Position numbers and translations under genes: made by a program
Source of the DNA: a virus
Taxonomy: Duplodnaviria > Caudoviricetes
Length of the DNA stretch: 35,592 nt
Strand: one strand, 5' to 3'
IMG/VR virus record: IMGVR_UViG_3300049917_000106
Coordinates: 1-35,592 of that record
In this document: piece by piece, positions 26,035 through 35,474 of the stretch
Position numbering within the stretch: the first letter of the stretch is position 1
Layout of the letters: every line of letters starts with the position of its first letter
The notes under the pieces: model-generated
What the model saw: the letters and a program-made list of their open reading frames with translations, nothing else
Databases searched by the model: none
Told to the model about the DNA's origin: nothing

Positions 26035-26563
26035 GCAGCACCTCGAATTGGAGCGCGTCTTTGACGCTCCGTGTTTTTGGCGTCAGGCCCAGCCTGGCTT
26101 TTCCAAGCGCCAGAGCCTGACGCACGCCCAGACCTAGCTGTAGGCCGCGCCGAAACCATAAGCCCAGCACGTCAGCGCCGGCCAATGCGTTGAGCGCGCC
26201 CAGGTTCTCGCCGTCGCCGCCGATGATGGCGCGCGGCTTCGTCGCCTTGAGCGCGTCGAGCATCCCGCCGCCGGCGTAGCAGTTGACCATGAAGACGATG
26301 GCGCGATGCAGGTCAAACCCGGACAGCGTTTCGGCGTACAGCGCCGCGAGTCCGTCTGTTGTAAACCACTCAGCGCGGCCCGGCATGGCGTGTAGGTTGA
26401 GGTAGACCAGTTCTGCCGCGCCGATTTCTTCGTTGAACGCGCCTGCGTGCCGGGCGATTGAGTCTGCGGTGAAGGGCGGGCAGGTGACAACCTTCGCGCC
26501 GCCCCCCACCGCTTTGCGTGTCGCTTGCTCGTATCGCTTATCGCAGTAAGCGAAGATGCGCAT
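26015..26563 (-). CDS. CHAT/caspase-fold peptidase-like protein
   Basis: LVYLNLH and IVFMVNC candidate His-Cys dyad; AIIG; WFRRGLQLGLGVRQAL. Confidence 0.6.
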   Translation of the reverse strand: MRIFAYCDKRYEQATRKAVGGGAKVVTCPPFTADSIARHAGAFNEEIGAAELVYLNLHAMPGRAEWFTTDGLAALYAETLSGFDLHRAIVFMVNCYAGGGMLDALKATKPRAIIGGDGENLGALNALAGADVLGLWFRRGLQLGLGVRQALALGKARLGLTPKTRSVKDALQFEVLHETSQM

Positions 26564-26569
26564 AGCCGC

Positions 26570-27457
26570 CTATTGACTCGCTGTGTAGACGAACTCCACT
26601 GCCGCCACGTCGACGATGTCATTCATCGTGCCGTCCGAAGTGATGGACAGGTAGAACGACACCGAATCATTGACGGCCAGCGCCGCGATGGTCGGCGTGC
26701 AGGTGTAGGACGTCGACGCAGACGCCGAAGTCGTCACGGTGCCGGCTGTCTGGAGCGCGGCGCCGTTGACCGATACCGCACAGTTTATGACTTCCGTCGC
26801 CGCGGTGTGCGCGTCCTTCAGTGCCCGCACGCGGAACTCGCCCTGGCTGATGTAGTCGGGCGGGATGGTGAGCTGCGCACAAGCTTCCGATGATTGATCC
26901 TCAGACGACCCGGTATCGTCGAAGCGCAGCACGAAGCCCAACCCATCGGTCGCGCTGTTCACGTAGTCGGGCAGCGCGTCGGCGGTCGTGTCGAAGCCGA
27001 TGAGCGCGCCGGCGTCGGTCTGGCAGTCGATGAACGATCCAAGTGGGATGTTCACCGTCCGCGAGATATTGACGATCTCCAGCGCCCCGACTTGCGCGTC
27101 CGGCAGCAGTACAGATCCGGCCACACTGATCTGCGACCCCACGGTCACATTCCCCGTGGTGCTAAGATGCGGAGCGCTCGCGCTGCCGGCCAGCGACGTT
27201 GCGCCATTGAACGTGGCCGCAGCGTCGAAGGTGACAGCGCCGTCAAAGTCGGTGGCTCCGTCGACGTTCAGCGCGCGCTCGGCGGTCACGTCGTTCCGGA
27301 AGGTCACGGCGGTGTTGAAGCGGGTGACGCCAGAACCGCGCGCCTCCGCTTCAAGCTCAGCCTGAAGCGGCGACACGACAACGACGTGGTAGACGCCCAG
27401 CGCCAGGAGGACGGCGAGACCGACAGCGAGCAGGGTTGACTTGAGTTGATTGCTCAT
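26570..27457 (-). CDS. Signal-anchored beta-rich fibre/decoration-like protein
   Basis: N-terminal TM, 6-aa beta repeats (VDGATDFDGAVTFDAAATFNG), beta-sandwich C-terminus. Confidence 0.75.
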   Translation of the reverse strand: MSNQLKSTLLAVGLAVLLALGVYHVVVVSPLQAELEAEARGSGVTRFNTAVTFRNDVTAERALNVDGATDFDGAVTFDAAATFNGATSLAGSASAPHLSTTGNVTVGSQISVAGSVLLPDAQVGALEIVNISRTVNIPLGSFIDCQTDAGALIGFDTTADALPDYVNSATDGLGFVLRFDDTGSSEDQSSEACAQLTIPPDYISQGEFRVRALKDAHTAATEVINCAVSVNGAALQTAGTVTTSASASTSYTCTPTIAALAVNDSVSFYLSITSDGTMNDIVDVAAVEFVYTASQ

Positions 27458-27484
27458 TATCGAATCCTTTTTGAAAGACCCAGG

Positions 27485-27535
27485 TGAAGGGATGAAGGGC
27501 AAACTTTACCCTTCATCCCTCATCCCTCATCCTTC
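27485..27535. repeat. Hairpin with heptamer tandem repeats after the capsid gene
   Basis: AGGGATGAAGGG / CCCTTCATCCCT and repeated CATCCCT. Confidence 0.55.
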
Positions 27536-27538
27536 AGG

Positions 27539-28657
27539 TTAGGTCGGCGTGCCGTTCGCCCACGTCGCGTTGTTGACGTAGCGCGCGGTGCCGGCAGTGC
27601 GGTCGTACACGCCAACGCCGAACTCCGCGAACAGCATCAGGTACTGGAGCGGGTGGGTGGCGTTGCCGTTGACAGGATCGGGCATGGCGATCACGGTCGG
27701 GCTGGCCAGGCCCTTGCCCAGCCGGGCGCGCAGCGGGTTGCGCTGCGAGTTCGGGCCGTAGGACTTGTAGCCGAAGCCGTAATATTGGGGCATCCCGCGA
27801 ACTTCGTAGACCTCGAAGTCCTCGATGATGCCGAGGTACGTCGCCCAGTCGCTGCCCACGATCTGCGTGTTGGGGGTGGCCACGTCCTGCGTGATGCCGG
27901 AGCGCACACCCTGGATCGCGCCCTTCGTGAACTTGCTCAGGGCCTCGACGGCCAGGCGATCCGCCGTGCCGATCAGGAACGCGAACGGGGCCGTGTGGCC
28001 GTGCTCGCGCAGTTCGTTTCTCGCGTCAAAGAACACGTCGTCCGTGAACGCCCCGCCGGCGATTCCGACGTAGTGCTCGTGCGTGTCGGCGAAAGCCGTG
28101 CCGCCATACGTCGGCGGCGTGAAGTCCACCGCGGTCGAAGCCGCCGTCGTCGCGAAGCCCGGCGAGTAGCCGCTGCCCAGGCCGTTGACGGCGCCGGTTT
28201 CGTCCGTGCGGCGCAGTGCGCGGGTGAGGAACTGAACGCGGAAGAGCGTGCGCACGTCCTCGATCGCATCGGCGATGTCGGCCTGAACCTGCGCCATGCG
28301 CGCCTTGCGCAGATAGTTCCACGTCCAGCCCAACGCGCGGTTCCACGGCCGCAGCGGCAACAGGTGCCCGGTCGTCTCGGCGCGCTGCGCATCGGGCCGG
28401 CTGTTCTCGACGAAGGGGGTGAAGCCGTTTGACGTCCCCTGCCGATATTCCAGATCGGGCTGGTCGGTGTAGCTGACCATGCTCGCCCAAAGCGGGTCGT
28501 TTTGAATCTCGTTGTTGACGCCTTCCAGCGCGAACTGCACATCGGCTGCCACATCGGCGAACGTGGCGCCGTCCTCCAGCTGGTAGTTGCTGAGTACATC
28601 CGCATCGACGCCTGGCAGTGTGACCAGGCTCAATGTGTCTCGTTGACCTTTAGCCAT
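27539..28657 (-). CDS. Major capsid protein
   Basis: 372 aa after scaffold and decoration genes, GAGGTG RBS, strong codon bias. Confidence 0.75.
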   Translation of the reverse strand: MAKGQRDTLSLVTLPGVDADVLSNYQLEDGATFADVAADVQFALEGVNNEIQNDPLWASMVSYTDQPDLEYRQGTSNGFTPFVENSRPDAQRAETTGHLLPLRPWNRALGWTWNYLRKARMAQVQADIADAIEDVRTLFRVQFLTRALRRTDETGAVNGLGSGYSPGFATTAASTAVDFTPPTYGGTAFADTHEHYVGIAGGAFTDDVFFDARNELREHGHTAPFAFLIGTADRLAVEALSKFTKGAIQGVRSGITQDVATPNTQIVGSDWATYLGIIEDFEVYEVRGMPQYYGFGYKSYGPNSQRNPLRARLGKGLASPTVIAMPDPVNGNATHPLQYLMLFAEFGVGVYDRTAGTARYVNNATWANGTPT

Positions 28658-28733
28658 TTCTCACCTCTGTTGTCTTTGATGCCAGACCTGGTCGCGCACG
28701 AGGCGGCGCCAGGCAATCAGGCAATTCAGTCCG

Positions 28734-28782
28734 GTCCCCCAACTCCCCCAACTAACGGGGACTTCGTGACGGGGACTTTGTC
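28734..28782 (-). repeat. 25-nt hairpin repeat, nested direct pair
   Basis: GTCCCCCAACT[CCCCCAACTAACGGGGACTTCGTG]ACGGGGACTTTGTC. Confidence 0.75.
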
Positions 28783-29164
28783 AGCTCAGGCTGACCGTGC
28801 TCGGGCGGAGCAGCAGGATGGTCGCCGATTCGGCGATGCCCGCGATGGTCGTCTTCGTGCCGGCGCTCTCGCCTGGCTCGCCGGCGGTGTCGCTCACGTA
28901 GATGAGCGCGCCGACCGTCGCGCCGGTCAGGCACAGGACACGACCCAGGATGCACACTTCCAGCGCATCACCGTCTTCGGCGGAATTCAGCGCGACGCCC
29001 AACAGATTGCACACTGCGGTCGCGATCGCCGGATCGACCTTGCCATCACTCTGCATGGCGACCAGCTCGCCAGCGACGACGGTCGCGCCGGCGGTGTACT
29101 GGTGCGCCACACCGCCTTCGAGCATCTTGATCCGCTCGACAGTTGTTTCTCGTGTTGCAGCCAT
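28781..29164 (-). CDS. Capsid decoration/cement protein (DUF2190-like)
   Basis: AGATVVAGELV, GVAL, LTGATVGALIYVSDTAG. Confidence 0.78.
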   Translation of the reverse strand: MAATRETTVERIKMLEGGVAHQYTAGATVVAGELVAMQSDGKVDPAIATAVCNLLGVALNSAEDGDALEVCILGRVLCLTGATVGALIYVSDTAGEPGESAGTKTTIAGIAESATILLLRPSTVSLS

Positions 29165-29191
29165 CTCTCACCTCGTTACCCCGCAAGGGGG

Positions 29192-29869
29192 TTATTGTGT
29201 TTGTCTCGCGTACTTCTCTTTGACGCCGAGGCGCGCCGCTTTCTCGCGCCGCTCTACGTCGCTCATTACTGGCTTGCCATCTGCCCCACGCTCGGCCGCG
29301 TTGATCTTCACCGCCGGCTGAGGCTGCGCGGATGTCGCCGCCGCCTCTTTCTTGAGCAGATAGTCATGCTCCTTCACCAGCGCCTTGAGCGCATCTTCGA
29401 CGCCCTCGACTTCGCCGTCATCGCCGATCGTGACCTGCTTCAACAGCAGTTCGATGGCAGTGTCGCGCGCCCTGATCGAAGCGAACTCGACCTTCGCGTC
29501 TTCGGCGCCGATCAGAATCCGGTCGCGCGCCAGCGTGCGCTGCTTGAACGCGCGGAGTTCGGCGGCTTCGGTTTCCAGCTTGGTGAGCTTGGCTTGCAGC
29601 TTTTCCGTCTCGGACTTGGTTGCAAGCTCGGCTTCCTCCTGCGCCTTTTCGAGCGCCGCCAGCTTCTTGCGGCGCGCGGCCTCCTCGGCGTTGCGGTCTT
29701 TCAGCGCGGCCTGGAGCCTCGCATTGCTTGCCTGAAGTTCGGCGAGTTGCGCCGCCACGTCGCCTGCCGGCGCGGCTGGCGGTGTGGGTGGATCATTCGT
29801 GCCGGGCAGCTCGCTCGGCGGGTCTTGTATTTCGACCGTCTCGGTCGCGGGTGTTTCGTTGTCTGCCAT
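29192..29869 (-). CDS. Head scaffolding protein
   Basis: Acidic N-terminus, coiled coil, LVKEHDYLLK; synteny. Confidence 0.8.
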   Translation of the reverse strand: MADNETPATETVEIQDPPSELPGTNDPPTPPAAPAGDVAAQLAELQASNARLQAALKDRNAEEAARRKKLAALEKAQEEAELATKSETEKLQAKLTKLETEAAELRAFKQRTLARDRILIGAEDAKVEFASIRARDTAIELLLKQVTIGDDGEVEGVEDALKALVKEHDYLLKKEAAATSAQPQPAVKINAAERGADGKPVMSDVERREKAARLGVKEKYARQTQ

Positions 29870-29933
29870 CTCGGCATTCTCCTGTGATGAATTGCGTCGC
29901 CGGATCGCCCGGCGTTAATACGCTCGTGTTCGC

Positions 29934-30653
29934 TTACGCCGTCAGGCGCACTCGCTGGCGCAGCGTCTGGAACGCGCCTTCTTGATTCTTGGTGAACAAT
30001 TCCCACTTGTCGCCGATCAACAGGAACCGAAGCGGGTTGTATAACTGCGACCGCTTAATACATCCCTCGCAGTGCTCCGACTGGCCCAGCTTGTAAGAGA
30101 TTTCCCATACTTCCGGGTCACGCATGATTGGTCGTGACCACGAGCACTGGCATCCCTGGTTGCACGGCGTTCCACCGTCGCGCGGCCAGACCGGCAGCAG
30201 CGCATCGAAATTTGGCGCGGAAGGCGCGCGCGTCGAGCCGGCCAGGACTAAAGCGGATTGATAGACCTTGACGACGTTGCTCCCATACATCCGCGCGCGG
30301 CCGGCGCCGCCGACCAGCTTCCCTTGCTGCGAGATGTCGGCGATCCAGTTTTCCAGGAAGGCCAACTGCTCATTGATGAATTGGCGCGCGATGTTCGGAT
30401 CGACCGGGCCTCTGCCGAAGCCATCCTTCCACCCGATCTCGGCCACGGACGGCGCGGCGCGTTTGAGCGCGCCGGAAATGTTCTGCCGGAAGGTAGTGAG
30501 TGCCGACTCGCTGAACTTCGACGCCTGGAGTTTCTCGGCAGCGGCGGCGCATTCGCTGCCGGCGGTATTGATGATTACTTCGGCTTGCGACTTACTCACG
30601 GGTTTTTCCCTTTTTGGAGGGGCCGCGCGCGCTACGTGGCTTGCGTCCCCCAA
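29934..30653 (-). CDS. Minor head morphogenesis protein (Mu F/SPP1 gp7-like, permuted motifs)
   Basis: RARMYG, PRDGGTPCNQGCQC, EHCEGC; start uncertain (possibly GTG near 30599). Confidence 0.65.
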   Translation of the reverse strand: MGDASHVARAAPPKREKPVSKSQAEVIINTAGSECAAAAEKLQASKFSESALTTFRQNISGALKRAAPSVAEIGWKDGFGRGPVDPNIARQFINEQLAFLENWIADISQQGKLVGGAGRARMYGSNVVKVYQSALVLAGSTRAPSAPNFDALLPVWPRDGGTPCNQGCQCSWSRPIMRDPEVWEISYKLGQSEHCEGCIKRSQLYNPLRFLLIGDKWELFTKNQEGAFQTLRQRVRLTA

Positions 30654-30670
30654 CCAACGGGGACTTCGTC
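30646..30670 (-). repeat. 25-nt hairpin repeat copy
   Basis: GACGAAGTCCCCGTTGGTTGGGGGA on minus. Confidence 0.75.
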
Positions 30671-30732
30671 TTTTTGGACTCGCACCTTGCCCGCGCTAGT
30701 CACCCCATGAAGACCCACAGTTTCAGGTCCAG

Positions 30733-30775
30733 AAAACAAAAAACGGCCCGGACTCCAAAAAGGAATCCGGGCCGT
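30733..30775 (-). terminator. Intrinsic terminator
   Basis: ACGGCCCGGATTCC-loop-GGAGTCCGGGCCGT then T-tract on minus. Confidence 0.75.
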
Positions 30776-30854
30776 GTGTCTGCGTTTCACGCCCCCACTT
30801 GGCTTTTACTCCAAGTGAGATATTCGGTTATTGCGGCGAAGTATACAGCCGAAC

Positions 30855-31079
30855 CTAAGCGGCTGTCAATACGCTCTCTTTCCTCAACTGTTCTATCCGT
30901 GTACAAACCTTTTCGATGATCGCCATGCTCGGCAGGTCTAGTGTCACGCGCTGGTATTCGTCGTCTGCAATCATGGCGCGAATGCGTAGCAACAACTTAC
31001 GTTCGTCGTCTGACACAACCATAGAGGTTTTGGTGTCGGCGTTTGATCTATTACCCGATACGGTGTATGGGTATGTCAC
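30855..31079 (-). CDS. Small hypothetical protein
   Basis: GTGA overlap with portal stop; VSDDERKLLLRIR. Confidence 0.6.
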   Translation of the reverse strand: MTYPYTVSGNRSNADTKTSMVVSDDERKLLLRIRAMIADDEYQRVTLDLPSMAIIEKVCTRIEQLRKESVLTAA

Positions 31080-32575
31080 TCCACATCCCCCGCCGGCGCA
31101 TCGTCCTGATTCGCAGTTGCCTGCTCCTCCTGACGTTCTGCCCACATCGTCGCGATTTCCTCTTCCGAGAATCCCGCCATCCGCCAGGCAGTCTTGATCG
31201 GAACTTGCAGTTCTGTGACCATCTCGCCCGGCGTCATCTCGTCGCGTGGCTGCGTGACCTTCCACACCGTTTCGATGCTGACCGACTCGTCAAGCGCGCC
31301 CGGATTCGGGCCGAATACGTTTTCGAGCCGGCGCGCGATATTGAAGATGCTCACCCACGCCGGGCCAAATGCAGTCTGTCGGTCGCGCGCCTTCGCTTGC
31401 AGCGATTCCTTTTTCTCTTTCTGCGTCCCCTCGGCTTCAACCTGGCCGCTCAAGGTTAGTTTCGTCGCGGGCGTATCGGTGATTTGCGCGAACCACAGCA
31501 GCGCACTGTTGATCAGGTTCGCCATCGGCGTCGGGTCTTCGCCGGTGATAGCCGTCAAGCCGACTTCGCCTGGAGGCTTTGTGGTGTTGAGCCACGTCCC
31601 CGGCTTGAGCTTGAGCGCGTTAGACATATCGCTCTCCAAAGCCTTACCGTCCGACGTTGGGATGAAGCCGGCCAGCATCATGACCCGGAATGCCGACACA
31701 CGCGCAGATCCTAACAGGTCCGCGATCAACATGTTGACCACGTTCTGACCGGGCAGGGCGTCGTCGAGGTCACTGCGCAGCTCAGGGTTTTTAAAGTGCG
31801 CGACAGGGATACCCAGCGGGGCAAATACCGTATTGCCCTCCGCGTCGACGGTGGCCTGGCTCAGATCAACCCACGGCAGCGGCCATACCGGCGCGCCAGT
31901 GACCGGATCTGTGTCTTCGTAGAAGGGGACCGGAACGCCTTTCTCGATGACGTACTTTTCGATCCGATCGGGGTAATACAGGTTGAACCTCAGAATCGAA
32001 TCGCCGCCATCGAGCAGCTTGTACCAGCGCCGTGACACATAAAGCGGCGTCTGGCCGGGGTCGTTGTTTTCATAGGTTGCCTTGCACCCGTCGCCATCGC
32101 CTCCCGCCCCGGTAGAAACGTAGCGCTTGTGGAACGTGATGCGCGGCAGCGCGGCCGGGTTGTCCTTGTCCACGATCGCAAAATACTCGCCGTCACGCAT
32201 CGCGCCCCGGTGCGCGTCGCCCTGCCTGGCATCAAGACCATTTTGCTGCCAGCAAGCAGAGACGAAATCGTTGAGTGCCTTGACCGCCGCATCGCGCGCA
32301 GTGACTGCCTCCTCGCCTGCGTCTGTGGGAAGCGCGCCAGTCATGGTGAAGCCGGACACGATCAGCCGCTCGGCGACGGCGCTGATGACCGAGCGACAGA
32401 CGTTCATCGCGAAGTCGTCGTCCTGGGTGACGCTCAGGAAGTCGCGCAGGTCGTCGGACAGGAATTGCTTTTGATCGCCGTCGTAGTAGTCGCGGTAAGC
32501 CTGGATCAGCTCTTCAAGCTCGGTCTCGGACCTGGCGAGATATTCAAGATAAGCGAGTTCTGCGGCGTTAGGCAT
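31076..32575 (-). CDS. Portal protein (SPP1 gp6-like)
   Basis: YYDGDQ, NVCRSVI, IPVAHFKN; 499 aa after terminase. Confidence 0.9.
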   Translation of the reverse strand: MPNAAELAYLEYLARSETELEELIQAYRDYYDGDQKQFLSDDLRDFLSVTQDDDFAMNVCRSVISAVAERLIVSGFTMTGALPTDAGEEAVTARDAAVKALNDFVSACWQQNGLDARQGDAHRGAMRDGEYFAIVDKDNPAALPRITFHKRYVSTGAGGDGDGCKATYENNDPGQTPLYVSRRWYKLLDGGDSILRFNLYYPDRIEKYVIEKGVPVPFYEDTDPVTGAPVWPLPWVDLSQATVDAEGNTVFAPLGIPVAHFKNPELRSDLDDALPGQNVVNMLIADLLGSARVSAFRVMMLAGFIPTSDGKALESDMSNALKLKPGTWLNTTKPPGEVGLTAITGEDPTPMANLINSALLWFAQITDTPATKLTLSGQVEAEGTQKEKKESLQAKARDRQTAFGPAWVSIFNIARRLENVFGPNPGALDESVSIETVWKVTQPRDEMTPGEMVTELQVPIKTAWRMAGFSEEEIATMWAERQEEQATANQDDAPAGDVE

Positions 32576-34031
32576 AGGTGTATCCTATGGAGATTGACTC
32601 AGGCTGACCTAGTTTCGATGCCCCGATCGCCAGGCTCATCACGCAGTCCTGAACGAGCCTGGCGTCGTCCCATCGATAGACGGTCAACTCGTGTTTCTCC
32701 TGGCGCGTCCATTTGGCCTTGTAGCGGCGTTGCTGAAGCAGCAGTACAAAAGTGTTGATTGCGTTGGTCTTGGTCTTGGCCGTCGTCAGGAACGGCGTGG
32801 CCGGCACTTCGAGATTCTCGATAAACGGATCGCCTGTGCCGTTAGATTCGACGACCAGCTCGCCGGGATACGCCCGCAGCCGCTGCTCGACCATGCGCTG
32901 TAAAACCGGGTAGGGCGCACGCTCCACCCGATCATGCGCAACCCTCTGGTAAGGCTCGAAGGTAATGTCAGTCGTGTTAATGACCGCTGCGTTGCCATGC
33001 CGGCCGACGTCGACGCTCGTCAGGTACTTGTGACCATGCACCGGCGGATGATCGCCGATCGCGCCTTCCTCGGCTGCCTCGATGATGGCCGGGCCGAAGA
33101 CGGCATCACCCGACCCAACGAAGTCACACTCAAACTCGGCTGCCCACTGTTGAGCCGTGTATTTGGGACGCTCGCGCTTGAACCACGAGATAGTTCCCGG
33201 CTGTTGGTGGGACAAGCCCTGCTCGCCGACGCGCTTTGATTCGGCGTCGCTGTCGAGTGAATACCCATCCGGGTTGTATGCCGGGCAGCGATACCACGGC
33301 GCCCTGAATTTCCTGTATCCCTCGCCGGCCTCGTAGAGTTCGTGGAATTTGTTACCCATGCCGTTGGGGGTCGAGCCTACAATCTCATAGCCGCCCTGGG
33401 CGACGATAGGCGATACGGATTGGTAGATGTCATCAGCATAGGGAGCATAGGCGAACTCATCCAGGTAGACGCGCCTGGCTGTGAAACCACGTCCCGTCGT
33501 CCGGTTGGCCGGGATGCTCTTGATGCGGCCGCCCTGGGCATGTCCGGTGTAGTGCGCGCCGCTCACGTATCCGCCAGCAGCCAATCCCATCTCGCCCTCG
33601 TTGGCCTTGATCAACTCGGGCGCTTGCTTGAGATTGTTATAAGTCAGGTAGCAGTACCTGAGCAACTCAATCGCCAGCTCTTGTGATCGGCTGATAAAGA
33701 GCACGGTCGGATCGTCCTCGTAGAGCGCGGAGTGGAGCGCCTCGAGTGCGATGGTCTGGCTGAAGCCGGTGCGCCGCGCTTTCAGGAAGATCCGGCGTGG
33801 CTCCTGCCAGGCGTTCAGAAACTCGATCTGGTAGGGATACGGGCTGAATGGAATGCGACCGCGTGTCGGATGTGCGATTGTCGCATTGGCGCAGGCCCAC
33901 GACAGCGGATCGAGCCTGAGCGCACTCAATCCCGACTCAGCGGCTCGGCGATTATTCGCTTTGCGGCGCAGCTTCGTCAGGCCCAGCGATAGCCGCGCCT
34001 GCGAACTTAAAGAACTCTGAAGCAAGGTCAT
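32568..34031 (-). CDS. terL: Terminase large subunit
   Basis: PYPYQ, KARRTGFS, VYLDEFA, STPNG, SVDVG, QDCVMSLA. Confidence 0.93.
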   Translation of the reverse strand: MTLLQSSLSSQARLSLGLTKLRRKANNRRAAESGLSALRLDPLSWACANATIAHPTRGRIPFSPYPYQIEFLNAWQEPRRIFLKARRTGFSQTIALEALHSALYEDDPTVLFISRSQELAIELLRYCYLTYNNLKQAPELIKANEGEMGLAAGGYVSGAHYTGHAQGGRIKSIPANRTTGRGFTARRVYLDEFAYAPYADDIYQSVSPIVAQGGYEIVGSTPNGMGNKFHELYEAGEGYRKFRAPWYRCPAYNPDGYSLDSDAESKRVGEQGLSHQQPGTISWFKRERPKYTAQQWAAEFECDFVGSGDAVFGPAIIEAAEEGAIGDHPPVHGHKYLTSVDVGRHGNAAVINTTDITFEPYQRVAHDRVERAPYPVLQRMVEQRLRAYPGELVVESNGTGDPFIENLEVPATPFLTTAKTKTNAINTFVLLLQQRRYKAKWTRQEKHELTVYRWDDARLVQDCVMSLAIGASKLGQPESISIGYTYA

Positions 34032-34470
34032 CTCCTAGTGACTCTCGAACATCGTCCAAAGTCACTTTGCCCTCACGCAACATCTGCAAAACTTCATCCT
34101 GCCACGGCACCGGCTGCCGATCGCGCCTTCCCCAGCGCTCCGGTATCTTGCGCTCCAGAAGCCACGCCGCCGCCTGCCAGTGTTCTGCCGATGCTTGAAC
34201 GATGCGTGATACGCGATAGGTTTCGCTGTCAGCCTCTGCCTTTTTTATGGCGTCCGAAAACTCCGAAAATGGATACTCTCCATTTCGGCCACGCTTAAGC
34301 CAGTCGTAGTAAGTCGAATCCGCGATACCCGCCACCCGCGCCGCAACGGTGGCGTAGTTTCCGACACTGATTAAGTCGGCTATTTTTTTTATCGTCTCAG
34401 GCGTGCAATCGGTCGGGCGTCCCGGAAGCAGTTGTGCCTTTTTCGATTGCCGCTTCGCGCTTCGCTTCAT
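33952..34470 (-). CDS. terS: Terminase small subunit
   Basis: GRPT, HTH, WQAAAWLLER; upstream of terL. Confidence 0.85.
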   Translation of the reverse strand: MKRSAKRQSKKAQLLPGRPTDCTPETIKKIADLISVGNYATVAARVAGIADSTYYDWLKRGRNGEYPFSEFSDAIKKAEADSETYRVSRIVQASAEHWQAAAWLLERKIPERWGRRDRQPVPWQDEVLQMLREGKVTLDDVRESLGDDLASEFFKFAGAAIAGPDEAAPQSE

Positions 34471-34472
34471 GC

Positions 34473-35273
34473 CTAACTCGTCGCCCGCGTGAAGTCGTAG
34501 ACGACCTTGAACTCGCCGACGGTCAGCGTCGTGATGCCGTCCGCGGTTTTCATCTGCACGTCGTAGGACAGATCATCCAGGGTTAGATTGGCCGTCTCTT
34601 CGGCGGCTATCTGGATCGTGATGTCGCCGTCGTCCTCATCGTCAACCGTGATGCTGGCGTTCCCCGGTGTCTCGGCCTCTTCGCCGTTGATGACCTGGAG
34701 ACCGTCACCCCCGGCAGCCGGCTCACTGGCGAGAATCTGGAGAACGGCTTCGTCGTCGGTGTCGCCCGCCCGCGCCTTGACCGTAAACCATAGCTTCGTG
34801 CGAGCGGCGATACTGCCAAGCCCGGTCAGGGAGAGACTGACTGTGTCGCCTCGGCGGATTGTGATACTCGACCCTTCCAGCGCAGCTGCGACCTGCGCGG
34901 CCGTCTGCGTGAGCGTGCGGGTCGGATTGGCCCAAATCGTCTCGGCGTCCTGCGTGACGGAGCCGGCCTTGAAGCCGTAGCTGATGCCGCCCGTGTTGCC
35001 ATCTACTGTGGCCTGAATGTAGATGCTGTAGGTCTTGCCATACTCAAAACCGTTGGCTGTGGTGCAGGCGATTAGCTCGGTGTAAAAGCCGGTCGTGCCG
35101 GCGTCATCGAGCTTCGCCATTGAGCCGGTCAGAATGGGCGTGGCGGTCTCGTCTTCGTAGATACGATAGCTCGGCGCCGAGTCCGCGTCGGTCAGAATCC
35201 CCGTTTCCGGGTCGTGCGTCGTGATGGAGAAGACCAGGTTCTCGCCGATATTGACGGATGATGGACAGCCCAT
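34473..35273 (-). CDS. Acidic beta-rich structural protein (BppU-like C-terminus)
   Basis: ITIRRGDT, LWFTVK, YDVQM...GEFKV. Confidence 0.7.
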   Translation of the reverse strand: MGCPSSVNIGENLVFSITTHDPETGILTDADSAPSYRIYEDETATPILTGSMAKLDDAGTTGFYTELIACTTANGFEYGKTYSIYIQATVDGNTGGISYGFKAGSVTQDAETIWANPTRTLTQTAAQVAAALEGSSITIRRGDTVSLSLTGLGSIAARTKLWFTVKARAGDTDDEAVLQILASEPAAGGDGLQVINGEEAETPGNASITVDDEDDGDITIQIAAEETANLTLDDLSYDVQMKTADGITTLTVGEFKVVYDFTRATS

Positions 35274-35474
35274 TTATGGCTCCTGCTTATCTTCGCGGTA
35301 CTCGCCGCATAAGTCGTTCACGTCCACCAGCGGCCAGCGGCCATAGTAGCGTTCGCCCAACTGGAAAACCAAAGGCTTGTGCTTTCGGCAGTAACCCAGA
35401 TTGTCAGGCACGGCCTTCAAGGAGTCGTGCTCCTGATCAAACCACTGGCAGGTCTCGCACCTGAATCTGACCAC
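35274..35474 (-). CDS. Small Cys-rich protein
   Basis: CETCQWF, GYCRKHKP, WPLV...CGEY. Confidence 0.7.
   Translation of the reverse strand: MVRFRCETCQWFDQEHDSLKAVPDNLGYCRKHKPLVFQLGERYYGRWPLVDVNDLCGEYREDKQEP

Noticed and set aside
28502-29887. 461-aa plus-strand ORF and similar long antisense ORFs (27653-28432, 3236-3907)
   Set aside because: Shadow frames of GC-biased real genes
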